Origin: Paraphysomonas bandaiensis
Taxonomy: Eukaryota > Protista > Chrysophyceae
Direction of reading: 5' to 3'
DNA length: 64,000 bases
NCBI GenBank assembly: GCA_965644295.1
Contig: CBFFRP010000446.1
Span: forward strand, 1 to 64,000
The notes under the pieces are model-generated. The model was not told the origin of the DNA. It did no database searches and saw only the letters and a list, made by a program, of their open reading frames with translations. Below are positions 1 to 10,486 of this stretch, piece by piece. How positions within the stretch are numbered: the first letter of the stretch is position 1; each line of letters starts with the position of its first letter. A program made the translations under genes and the position numbers.

Positions 1-2793
1 ATGCTGAGTCAGCCTGGGGCTGCACCTGCCCACTTTCCGACTGCTGTGGCACCACTCCGCTGATACCGCCGTCACGGTTGTCAGTAACTCTGGCCCTAAC
101 CACCCTCTGCGCAAGATCCTCTGTCATCTTCTTGATGTCAGCAATATGAATAGGAGTTTTATCCTCCACTTGAACCTGGTTACCAGTAACCAACGACCGG
201 TATCCCACAATAAGTCCCTTCCTTATCACCACTCTGTTAGTCTTGTATAGCAGACCACCATCCTCATGGTGCTTTCCGATAAGATACTCAAACTCACCCG
301 GTTGACGAGCCTCGGGATCTATAGCCACTTGAGCCTCCTCCAGCTCTCTATAATAATCCTGAGACCTCTCAGGTACCGATTCATCAAATAATACATGTAC
401 AGAGTGTACTACGGTGTCCCCCACTAGCACCTTGTATCCTTTTCGATCAGCTGGATACCCTATGAAATAACCTGTCATTGCTTTGTCCTCCCAGTCCTTC
501 CTCCTGTCGGCCTTGGGTGTTAGCACATATGCTTTGCACCCCCATTTCCGTAGCCACGATAGGCTGGGAACGCTCCCCCTGGGACACACTCATATGGAGA
601 CATCCATCCTTGCCACGTCCGAGTTGGCATTCGTCGCACAATGTAACATGCAGTTTGATAAGCATCAGACCAGAACGACTTTGGAAGTCCAGATGCCGTC
701 AACATCGTCAGTGTCATCTCCCCAATTGTTCGGAATTTCCTCTCAGACACCGCGTTGAGCTCTGGCGTGTCTCGTGTTGTATGTGACACCCGAGTCCCAT
801 ATCGCTGCAACAGATACTCTCTTATCTGCTGACTAATAAGTTCGGATCCTCCATCGGCATGATACTCCACTATACGGTTCCACCCCTCGTACTTCACTAA
901 GTGGACCTCGCACAAGTGTCGTAGACATTTGAACACCTCCTCTCCGCTTCGAGTCCTCAATCCATATTCCCATATCATCTTTGTTGCTAAGTCCGTAAAT
1001 AGGAGCACGTACTTATACCCTTGTCTGGATTCACAATTGAGATAGACGGAGATGTCCGCTGTTACTCTTTCCAGGAACCTGACTGCGCTTAGCTCTTCGT
1101 TGTCCCGTGATTTGAACGAATGCCTGGTTATCTTCGCCTTGGCACACCATTTACACAGGGGTTTCTTGCAACTCTTCTCCTTTGCCTTCGAAAGGTGATG
1201 TCGTTGTAGTCCTGATCCTCTGAATAACATGTGTCGGTGAGCTTCTAATAACTTCGATTTCGAGACATGTCCAGTACGCTCATGTAAGCGATCCAACGCA
1301 TCTTGTCCTGTATTATCCGACAAATTTACCTCCTCCATCTGATTGCACATAGACACATTTGGCAGATTTAACACCTCCATCAAGTCCACATACGGCATCC
1401 CTCCATGCTCATCGTACTCTCCAGTCAACACCTCGTTTCCAGAGTCCAATTCCACGATTTTAGGCTTTCGAAGCAGTTGTAATCCGTATCCCATTGATCT
1501 CAGCATCCCTCCTGACACAATGTTCTTCACCGCTTCTTCACTAACTCTGATGTCTCTCCATTCCCCGAATGTACCAGCCCCCTGTGTCTCCAATTGAGAA
1601 CCCTTTCTAGTTAGTTGGATTGCCCCAAACTCAGGAGTAAATGACTCCAGTGCAATTTTATCCTTTACTATAAACAGTCTTTTACTTGCACAACTGTCCA
1701 GATATACACGAGGTTCTTCCGACGTATCCACCGATAGCAAAACCTCTTCTCCAAACATATTCGCTTCATCATCCGACGACTCTCCGTCGTTGACGTATTT
1801 CTTCCATTCTGTCTCGAATTTCCTGTTCGATTTTCGAGGATTCTCATTATCCGGGTTTTTTATGTTCTTCCGTTTTTTCGACTTGCACTGTCGGGCTTTA
1901 TGACTAAAATCTCCACAGATATGACAACCAGTATAATCCTTTGATCCTGGCTGCTGCACACTCTTCGAAGCCTTTTCCTTTGTCTTCCCTTTTCTTTTGA
2001 ACTTATCCATTTTTCTTTGTCGTTCCTTAGCATAACAATTCGCTGCTACATGTCCCTTCTTCCGACAAAATGAACAAACCACTGGCTCCTTCGACGCCGT
2101 AAAATTGATCTCTTCAGATTTGTCTCCCTTTAGTTTCTTCAGCTGCGTCATAGCCTCGTCATACTCTTCACAAGCCTCTTTCACCGAATCAAATGTAGTT
2201 GTTGCTTTAGGCATCATCGCTACCGACATCCATAAATCATGTAATTCCTCTATCTGCAGCGCTGCTTTTATCTTTGCTAATTTACTTGCCTCTGTCTGCG
2301 GTTGTCCCAATTTTATGAGCTTCTGGATTATACCGTTCAGTCGATCTACCCCAACAGACACCTTTTCCCCCGGCCTTATTTTGAACGAATGGTATTCTGC
2401 CGTAGTCTTCTCCAATACAGTCCCAATCTCGCCTCTGAACCTATCAACCAGTGTCTGAAGGAGCTCACTGGATAACACCTCCTTAGCAGGATCATCAGCA
2501 GGTAAAATTGCCTTCCCCTCCAAATATTGATTGGCTACCTCCAACACATCAGGGTCATGCTCGCAAGCCTCCCAAATAGTACTAACACAGGTATCATTAC
2601 GCTCTCTCCATGACTCTAAATTCCTTCCTCCGGCTGGCGGGTCCTCCAAGCCAAGATGGTTTCGGTTTTTCTTCATTAGATGCATCTTGATTTTTCTCGC
2701 TGAATAGTCTGCTTGGTTCTTGTCAAACCGTAGCTTCTTGTCATCTTCCCCATCCCTACAACTAGCATTCGCTACCATAACAGAAGTTGACAT
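1..2793 (-). pseudogene. Copia gag-pol of copy 1 with a 1-bp frameshift near 575-579
   Basis: C5 run at 575-579 versus C6 at 6370-6375 in copy 2 truncates the ORF to 757 aa, and the pol sequence continues in another frame. It may be a homopolymer sequencing error. Confidence 0.8.
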
Positions 2794-3069
2794 TATTTGC
2801 TAAGGTTTACTATTCTCAACTGATAAGATGAAATTATAAACATTACATGATAAAGAACCTAAGTTGTGTTCGATGTGTTCAACACCATTCATTTACTACT
2901 ATAGTGTACAACCACACACTCAGTCATCGTATCCTGTATAGTCATCCACTTCTACTTCAGTTTCATACTACATAATATAATGTACTAATTACATATATAT
3001 CTTTCGATCCTTGCATCTCACATAATACTGCACTCAATTGCAAGTATATAGAATCTTCAGATCTCAACA
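2778..3069 (-). repeat. 5' LTR of Copia copy 1
   Basis: 292 bp, reads TGTTGAGATC...CTTCTGTTA on the minus strand, followed directly by PBS TGGTAGCG; few differences from 8574-8866. Confidence 0.95.
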
Positions 3070-3592
3070 AATTGACGCGACTAAGGGTATTACCTCACTA
3101 GTGGTAATTGTACCAGAATTTTTTCCCTCTTCCATGAACACAGGGACACTGTAATGCAAGAATCTGCACAAGATCACTCAGCAGAGGGTATAAAACCCGC
3201 ATTTTTGTAAAAAGAATTCATCCAAAATTGATATTCATGATTTTCAACTTCCGACTTGGATGGAAAATAACTTAAGTAACTGAACCCACTCAATACTAGT
3301 GAAAGTCTTATTATGAATAATAAGCGTTTAAGAGTGTGAACTAAAAGTTAGCATTGCAACTTTACTATCTAGTGCTTAACTCTGGTATCCTATACTATTT
3401 AACTCTACGAAAGCTGCGTGTGCGTGACCGCAAGCACCAAGGTGGAACCACTTTCGCTCTATCACTCAAAGCAAACGCAGTGAGTAAGATTGACATCTGT
3501 TAACATTAGGACTTTTTAGTCCTTAAGGTGACCAGCCCGGATGCTTGACTTCAGCAGGCAGCCACAAATACCCCGGTTAACGTTGAGGTGGG

Positions 3593-3865
3593 TAACAGAA
3601 GTTGACATTATTTGCTAAGGTTTACTATTCTCAACTGATAAGATGAAATTATAAACATTACATGATAAAGAACCTAAGTTGTGTTCGATGTGTTCAACAC
3701 CATTCATTTACTACTATAGTGTACAAACCACCCACTCAGTGATCGTATCCTGTATAGTCATCCACTTCTACTTCAGTTTCATACTACATAATATAATGTT
3801 CGATCCTTGCATCTCACATAATACTGCACTCAATTGCAAGTATATAGAATCTTCAGATCTCAACA
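3593..3865 (-). repeat. 3' LTR of Copia copy 2 (273 bp)
   Basis: Matches 8574-8866 except for a 20-bp deletion (ACTAATTACATATATATCTT). Confidence 0.95.
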
Positions 3866-3874
3866 CTCCCCCTC
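3866..3874 (-). promoter_or_regulatory. Polypurine tract
   Basis: GAGGGGGAG on the minus strand immediately before the TG of the 3' LTR. Confidence 0.9.
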
Positions 3875-3990
3875 AATTGAGTGTTGTACTTATGACGCCT
3901 CCCAGCTATTGAATGCCTGAGATAAAAAAATTCTTGACAGTAAAATAGACTCATCTCTAAGTCTAAACCTCTGTCTAAAAAACTCAGTAC

Positions 3991-6900
3991 CTACTTGCGC
4001 CTTCTTTTATCCCTTGGTCCCTCATTAATCACTTCAGTGGAACTCTTAACTTTCTCTCCAAGATTTCTCTTTCTCTGCTCCATATATGATAAACCAACCA
4101 ATGACTTTGTATAAATATCTGCTGCTTGTTGCGATGTATGCACATGCACTAACTTAATCGTATTGAACTGATTGGGATCCACGTGCTCTCTCACCATGTG
4201 ATACTTAATCTCAATGTGCTTCGACTTCTTGTGAAACACTGGGTTTTCGGCCAAATCCTGGGCACTCTGACTGTCGATGAAGAATGGTGTGGGTTTGATG
4301 AGCCTCAACTTAATCTCACCCGTCACCCCCCGAACCCATAGCACTTCTTGGAGACCCGAGTAAATACACTGATACTCAGACTGCATGCTTGACGTTGCCA
4401 CTGTCGTCTGCAGTTTGGACTGCCAGACTATAGGCCCTCCCGCTGCAAACCCAACGTACCCCGACGTGGACTTCCTGGAGAGCTGATCTCCCGCCCAATC
4501 CGCGTCAGTAAACATATGGAAGTCGAACCGTCTACTCCCATATTGAATCCCTTTGTCAATAGAACCACGAATATATTGCCATACATGTGTTAATAGCTTG
4601 CATACTTCAATATTCACCTTATTACTGAACCGAGACAGTACTCCCACTGCATAGGCTATATCCGGCCTCGTGTTCATCGATAGATATAGTAATGCACCTA
4701 TCAGCGGCCGATATGGGAAGTTATCTACTATAAGCTGTTCCTCCTCGGTATGCTCATGCCGCGCCCCTTTTGCCACTAGATCCATTGCTTCCGCCGGTAG
4801 AGGACTCTTCCGTACCTTTCGCGGTGACCCAAGATACTTTTCAAACTTTTCTAAGATCTTAGCCGCATATACTGATTGGTCAAGACGAATATACTCTGGC
4901 GTTCTTGTGACTCGAACATTCAGAAAATGTTCCATCTCGCCCATATCCTTCATATCAAACCGGGCACACAGTTGAGCTTTAATATCCTTCACTATGTTGA
5001 CATCACGACCTAACACTAGGATATCATCCACATATATCGTTAATAATATCAATTCATCGCCCTTATACTGATAATACAAACACGGGTCTAATACACATGG
5101 TTTAAAATGCATAGATCGTATGAATTTATCCAATGTTTTCCACCACGACCGCGGGGAACTCCGAAGCCCGTATAACGACTTCTTCAGCTTAAAGCAGTAC
5201 CCCTCAGGCAGCTGAAAGTCCGGAGTTGCCTTCATATATACGTCCCCCTCTATATCTGCATATAGAAATGCGTTAGACACATCCAGTTGATGAATTACCA
5301 TGTTCATCACGAAAGCTATGGCGATTAACAGTCGCACTGTTACCCCCTTAACAACGGGTGCGAAATGGTTCGCCCAACCACTCGACTGCTGTCCACAACC
5401 GATTGCTACAAGACGAGCCTTATATCGGCGGACCTCTCCCTCCTTATCGTACTTCTTTCCATAGACGTACTTGGAGTGCAGTGGGACGACTCCGTCCGGT
5501 ATACGAGTCACCTCCATGGTATCTCGCTTCGCCAAACCCTCTCGCTCTACACGGCGAGCTCGTCTCCACTCCCTGTGCTCGGCACTCTCCAAGGACTCAC
5601 GATGTGTCTGAGGCACTGTCGACTCTTCCGCTGACATCCACACTGAGTCTGCCTCCTGTAAAAGGTCACTCACATCACTCTCATCACTCAAATGATGGAT
5701 TTGTCCTAACACCGACACATTCGTTACCGTCCTTGGAGTTCTTGCGCGTTTGCCGTGCGGATGATTCTCGGCAGGGGTCCCTTCCCCCGAAGGTAATGCT
5801 GAGTCAGCCTGGGGCTGCACCTGCCCACTTTCCGACTGCTGTGGCACCACTCCGCTGATACCGCCGTCACGGTTGTCAGTAACTCTGGCCCTAACCACCC
5901 TCTGCGCAAGATCCTCTGTCATCTTCTTGATGTCAGCAATATGAATAGGAGTTTTATCCTCCACTTGAACCTGGTTACCAGTAACCAACGACCGGTATCC
6001 CACAATAAGTCCCTTCCTTATCACCACTCTGTTAGTCTTGTATAGCAGACCACCATCCTCATGGTGCTTTCCGATAAGATACTCAAACTCACCCGGTTGA
6101 CGAACCTCGGGATCTATAGCCACTTGAGCCTCCTCCAGCTCTCTATAATAATCCTGAGACCTCTCAGGTACCGATTCATCAAATAATACATGTACAGAGT
6201 GTACTACGGTGTCCCCCACTAGCACCTTGTATCCTTTTCGATCAGCTGGATACCCTATGAAATAACCTGTCATTGCTTTGTCCTCCCAGTCCTTCCTCCT
6301 GTCGGCCTTGGGTGTTAGCACATATGCTTTGCACCCCCATTTCCGTAGCCACGATAGGCTGGGAACGCTCCCCCCTGGGACACACTCATATGGAGACATC
6401 CATCCTTGCCACGTCCGAGTTGGCATTCGTCGCACAATGTAACATGCAGTTTGATAAGCATCAAACCAGAACGACTTTGGAAGTCCAGATGCCGTCAACA
6501 TCGTCAGTGTCATCTCCCCAATTGTTCGGAATTTCCTCTCAGACACCGCGTTGAGCTCTGGCGTGTCTCGTGTTGTATGTGACACCCGAGTCCCATATCG
6601 CTGCAACAGATACTCTCTTATCTGCTGACTAATAAGTTCGGATCCTCCATCGGCATGATACTCCACTATACGGTTCCACCCCTCGTACTTCACTAAGTGG
6701 ACCTCGCACAAGTGTCGTAGACATTTGAACACCTCCTCTCCGCTTCGAGTCCTCAATCCATATTCCCATATCATCTTTGTTGCTAAGTCCGTAAATAGGA
6801 GTACGTACTTATACCCTTGTCTGGATTCACAATTTAGGTAGACTGAGATGTCCGCTGTCACTCGTTCCAGAAACCTGACTGCGCTTAGCTCTTCGTTGTC

Positions 6901-8589
6901 CCGTGATTTGAACGAATGCCTGGTTATCTTCGCCTTGGCACACCATTTACACAGGGGTTTCTTGCAACTCTTCTCCTTTGCCTTCGAAAGGTGATGTCGT
7001 TGTAGTCCTGATCCTCTGAATAACATGTGTCGGTGAGCTTCTAATAACTTCGATTTCGAGACATGTCCAGTACGCTCATGTAAGCGATCCAACGCATCTT
7101 GTCCTGTATTATCCGACAAATTTACCTCCTCCATCTGATTGCACATAGACACATTTGGCAGATTTAACACCTCCATCAAGTCCACATACGGCATCCCTCC
7201 ATGCTCATCGTACTCTCCAGTCAACACCTCGTTTCCAGAGTCCAATTCCACGATTTTAGGCTTTCGAAGCAGTTGTAATCCGTATCCCATTGATCTCAGC
7301 ATCCCTCCTGACACAATGTTCTTCACCGCTTCTTCACTAACTCTGATGTCTCTCCATTCCCCGAATGTACCAGCCCCCTGTGTCTCCAATTGAGAACCCT
7401 TTCTAGTTAGTTGGATTGCCCCAAACTCAGGAGTAAATGACTCCAGTGCAATTTTATCCTTTACTATAAACAGTCTTTTACTTGCACAACTGTCCAGATA
7501 TACACGAGGTTCTTCCGACGTATCCACCGATAGCAAAACCTCTTCTCCAAACATATTCGCTTCATCATCCGACGACTCTCCGTCGTTGACGTATTTCTTC
7601 CATTCTGTCTCGAATTTCCTGTTCGATTTTCGAGGATTCTCATTATCCGGGTTTTTTATGTTCTTCCGTTTTTTCGACTTGCACTGTCGGGCTTTATGAC
7701 TAAAATCTCCACAGATATGACAACCAGTATAATCCTTTGATCCTGGCTGCTGCACACTCTTCGAAGCCTTTTCCTTTGTCTTCCCTTTTCTTTTGAACTT
7801 ATCCATTTTTCTTTGTCGTTCCTTAGCATAACAATTCGCTGCTACATGTCCCTTCTTCCGACAAAATGAACAAACCACTGGCTCCTTCGACGCCGTAAAA
7901 TTGATCTCTTCAGATTTGTCTCCCTTTAGTTTCTTCAGCTGCGTCATAGCCTCGTCATACTCTTCACAAGCCTCTTTCACCGAATCAAATGTAGTTGTTG
8001 CTTTAGGCATCATCGCTACCGACATCCATAAATCATGTAATTCCTCTATCTGCAGCGCTGCTTTTATCTTTGCTAATTTACTTGCCTCTGTCTGCGGTTG
8101 TCCCAATTTTATGAGCTTCTGGATTATACCGTTCAGTCGATCTACCCCAACAGACACCTTTTCCCCCGGCCTTATTTTGAACGAATGGTATTCTGCCGTA
8201 GTCTTCTCCAATACAGTCCCAATCTCGCCTCTGAACCTATCAACCAGTGTCTGAAGGAGCTCACTGGATAACACCTCCTTAGCAGGATCATCAGCAGGTA
8301 AAATTGCCTTCCCCTCCAAATATTGATTGGCTACCTCCAACACATCAGGGTCATGCTCGCAAGCCTCCCAAATAGTACTAACACAGGTATCATTACGCTC
8401 TCTCCATGACTCTAAATTCCTTCCTCCGGCTGGCGGGTCCTCCAAGCCAAGATGGTTTCGGTTTTTCTTCATTAGATGCATCTTGATTTTTCTCGCTGAA
8501 TAGTCTGCTTGGTTCTTGTCAAACCGTAGCTTCTTGTCATCTTCCCCATCCCTACAACTAGCATTCGCTACCATAACAGAAGTTGACAT
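3991..8589 (-). CDS. Copia Gag-Pol polyprotein (Gag, protease, integrase, RT, RNase H), 1532 aa
   Basis: RYKARLVA, QLDVSNAFL, LKKSLYGLR, IYVDD, FTDADWAGD and KSKHIEIKYH motifs; integrase precedes RT. Confidence 0.98.
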   Translation of the reverse strand: MSTSVMVANASCRDGEDDKKLRFDKNQADYSARKIKMHLMKKNRNHLGLEDPPAGGRNLESWRERNDTCVSTIWEACEHDPDVLEVANQYLEGKAILPADDPAKEVLSSELLQTLVDRFRGEIGTVLEKTTAEYHSFKIRPGEKVSVGVDRLNGIIQKLIKLGQPQTEASKLAKIKAALQIEELHDLWMSVAMMPKATTTFDSVKEACEEYDEAMTQLKKLKGDKSEEINFTASKEPVVCSFCRKKGHVAANCYAKERQRKMDKFKRKGKTKEKASKSVQQPGSKDYTGCHICGDFSHKARQCKSKKRKNIKNPDNENPRKSNRKFETEWKKYVNDGESSDDEANMFGEEVLLSVDTSEEPRVYLDSCASKRLFIVKDKIALESFTPEFGAIQLTRKGSQLETQGAGTFGEWRDIRVSEEAVKNIVSGGMLRSMGYGLQLLRKPKIVELDSGNEVLTGEYDEHGGMPYVDLMEVLNLPNVSMCNQMEEVNLSDNTGQDALDRLHERTGHVSKSKLLEAHRHMLFRGSGLQRHHLSKAKEKSCKKPLCKWCAKAKITRHSFKSRDNEELSAVRFLERVTADISVYLNCESRQGYKYVLLFTDLATKMIWEYGLRTRSGEEVFKCLRHLCEVHLVKYEGWNRIVEYHADGGSELISQQIREYLLQRYGTRVSHTTRDTPELNAVSERKFRTIGEMTLTMLTASGLPKSFWFDAYQTACYIVRRMPTRTWQGWMSPYECVPGGSVPSLSWLRKWGCKAYVLTPKADRRKDWEDKAMTGYFIGYPADRKGYKVLVGDTVVHSVHVLFDESVPERSQDYYRELEEAQVAIDPEVRQPGEFEYLIGKHHEDGGLLYKTNRVVIRKGLIVGYRSLVTGNQVQVEDKTPIHIADIKKMTEDLAQRVVRARVTDNRDGGISGVVPQQSESGQVQPQADSALPSGEGTPAENHPHGKRARTPRTVTNVSVLGQIHHLSDESDVSDLLQEADSVWMSAEESTVPQTHRESLESAEHREWRRARRVEREGLAKRDTMEVTRIPDGVVPLHSKYVYGKKYDKEGEVRRYKARLVAIGCGQQSSGWANHFAPVVKGVTVRLLIAIAFVMNMVIHQLDVSNAFLYADIEGDVYMKATPDFQLPEGYCFKLKKSLYGLRSSPRSWWKTLDKFIRSMHFKPCVLDPCLYYQYKGDELILLTIYVDDILVLGRDVNIVKDIKAQLCARFDMKDMGEMEHFLNVRVTRTPEYIRLDQSVYAAKILEKFEKYLGSPRKVRKSPLPAEAMDLVAKGARHEHTEEEQLIVDNFPYRPLIGALLYLSMNTRPDIAYAVGVLSRFSNKVNIEVCKLLTHVWQYIRGSIDKGIQYGSRRFDFHMFTDADWAGDQLSRKSTSGYVGFAAGGPIVWQSKLQTTVATSSMQSEYQCIYSGLQEVLWVRGVTGEIKLRLIKPTPFFIDSQSAQDLAENPVFHKKSKHIEIKYHMVREHVDPNQFNTIKLVHVHTSQQAADIYTKSLVGLSYMEQRKRNLGEKVKSSTEVINEGPRDKRRRK
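8561..8573 (-). promoter_or_regulatory. Primer-binding site (TGGTAGCGAATGC)
   Basis: Begins with TGG (complement of tRNA CCA) directly after the 5' LTR; the priming tRNA is not determined, though the TGGTA start resembles Met-type PBSs. Confidence 0.8.
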
Positions 8590-8866
8590 TATTTGCTAAG
8601 GTTTACTATTCTCAACTGATAAGATGAAATTATAAACATTACATGATAAAGAACCTAAGTTGTGTTCGATGTGTTCAACACCATTCATTTACTACTATAG
8701 TGTACAAACCACCCACTCAGTGATCGTATCCTGTATAGTCATCCACTTCTACTTCAGTTTCATACTACATAATATAATGTACTAATTACATATATATCTT
8801 TCGATCCTTGCATCTCACATAATACTGCACTCAATTGCAAGTATATAGAATCTTCAGATCTCAACA
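8574..8866 (-). repeat. 5' LTR of Copia copy 2 (293 bp)
   Basis: Direct repeat of 3593-3865, abutting TSD GTGGG. Confidence 0.95.
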
Positions 8867-8912
8867 GTGGGCCTAGTTCCGGGTGCCTGTTTACTCGTCA
8901 GGGCCTAAAGAC

Positions 8913-9379
8913 CTCTCAACTTAGTCGGACTCGCACCTTTTCATAGTGTTCTGGGGATAAGTACCGTAGAGATTTCTCCGGGAAACTAACTTGAGCCGTA
9001 TTTGTAGCCAGCAGATATTGCTCTACCCACTCATAGCCATATGCTTGTGTAGACGCCTTTGGGCCTTGACGAATAAACAGGCATCCGGGAATGAGCCCAC
9101 CTCAAGGGAAACCTGGGTATTTGGCTGCCTGCTGAAGTCAAGCATCCGGGTTGTTCACCTTAAGGACTGATGTCTGAAGATTTCAGGTATATCTATCACA
9201 GCTTTGAGTGATAGAACAAAAGTGGTTGTACCTTGGTGCTTGCGGTGACGCCCAAGCAGCTTTCGCAGAGTTAATTAGTAGGACATTAGTATGAGTATTA
9301 AGTCCTTGATAGATTTCTGTTTAGTTTAACACTTATATATATATTATGCCTATTGTAAAATAATCAGACATTATATTAT
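8913..9379 (+). mobile_element. Structured non-coding retroposon, copy B (inverted, nested in copy A)
   Basis: Reverse-complement homologue of 17352-17839. 13-bp TSD AGGGCCTAAAGAC (8900-8912) / AGGACCTAAAGAC (9380-9392); TA-rich 3' tail. Confidence 0.9.
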
Positions 9380-9599
9380 AGGACCTAAAGACGTCTACGC
9401 AAGTGACACTTCTATTTGTGTCCCTTGTACGACACAAGCTATGAGTCAGCAGAATGTTATCTGCTGTTTATGTTTGCGGCTCACTTTAGTTTCTCGAAGA
9501 AATCTCTCCGATACATATCATCCCCCAGAATACCACGAAAATGTGCGAGTCTGATTATGATGAGGGACTCACTCAAAACTCAATAAATTAAACTATAGT

Positions 9600-9812
9600 C
9601 AACATCTCATATCATTCATTGACAGTATTGCTACAATTATAATTTCCCTACAGCCTTAGATATAAACAAGCATATATATATAAAGCCACTATACTATTAA
9701 ATCTTATGTAATAGTGCTTAGTACTACTGTATACTTTTTACGCAATGTTCATATTATTTAAATACCATAGAATAGCTTTTAATTGCTTACAGACAGGCAA
9801 AACTCAACATTT
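9600..9812 (-). repeat. AT-rich dispersed repeat family 2, inverted copy (left boundary approximate)
   Basis: Reverse complement TGAGTTTTGCCTGTCTGTAAGCAATTAAAAGCT matches 25201 and 41082. Confidence 0.55.
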
Positions 9813-10486
9813 TAAGGTTAAAATTCACCGCTTATAGTGATTCTCTAGGATAGCGATATATATTTAAGTGCCAGAAAAGATGCATGTTACACCTTGTAAG
9901 CAATAAATTGAAAATAAATACAATTAGTGGAAATATAATACACCGGAAAAAACAACATACTCAGTAACACTTCTATGTTGGAATACGTATGTTTCCCTAA
10001 GATAGTACTGTAGAATAATACATTAAATACAATGTGTAAAACAGTAATACGTAGTCAAAGATATTATATAGCTAAAACTATGAAACTGAAGTATTGTATC
10101 ATGATGACTCAAGATACGGAAGTTGAGCAGTGGTTGATATGAACGAAATATATTATCATGTTGTATGTTTTTGACATGTTTTACATGACGACACACAAAT
10201 GTGTATGCCGTATGCAATATAATAAAATAGTCTATCTAGTTTGATTGCAATAAACTTCTCTTAACAATGTTAATTGTGTGAAATGACCAATAGTCAATAT
10301 TATATTCTAAGTTTCATATTTACAGATATACAGCATATCTAATACGTATTTATTAATTGTAATGGAGTGCGGCAAACAGTATGCATTTAAATCTGAGCTA
10401 CTTGACAAACTTATTTCACATAAAGGCAAGCTGATGTGCATACCTACATACTATTATATAAAGTGTACACAACGTTTCTACGATAA

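Larger units (their letters stand above)
1..3069 (-). mobile_element. Ty1/Copia LTR retrotransposon, copy 1 (3' part lies outside the window; 5' LTR 2778-3069)
   Basis: Nearly identical to 5797-8866. Gag zinc knuckles (CSFCRKKGH, CHICGDFSH), protease (YLDSCAS), GAG-pre-integrase (HERTGH) and integrase core are present. Confidence 0.97.
3593..8866 (-). mobile_element. Full-length Ty1/Copia LTR retrotransposon, copy 2
   Basis: LTRs 3593-3865 and 8574-8866; 5-bp TSD GTGGG at 3588-3592 and 8867-8871; PBS and PPT present; single intact ORF in Copia order PR-IN-RT-RH. Confidence 0.98.
3298..9566 (-). mobile_element. Structured non-coding retroposon, copy A (segments 3298-3592, 8867-8912, 9380-9566), interrupted by Copia copy 2 and by copy B
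   Basis: The three segments join colinearly into the sequence seen intact at 17352-17839. Flanked by an imperfect 14-bp repeat ACCCACTCAATACT (3284-3297) / ACTCACTCAAAACT (9567-9580). Confidence 0.85.

Noticed and set aside
570-580. Programmed frameshift in Copia copy 1
   Set aside because: Copy 2 is open through this site; a one-base homopolymer loss (mutation or read error) is simpler.
3400-3592. Retroposon read as an IscB/TnpB/Fanzor omega-RNA or a group II intron domain V
   Set aside because: Only short word similarities, no nuclease or maturase ORF, and the long variable TSDs with 5' truncation point to target-primed retroposition.
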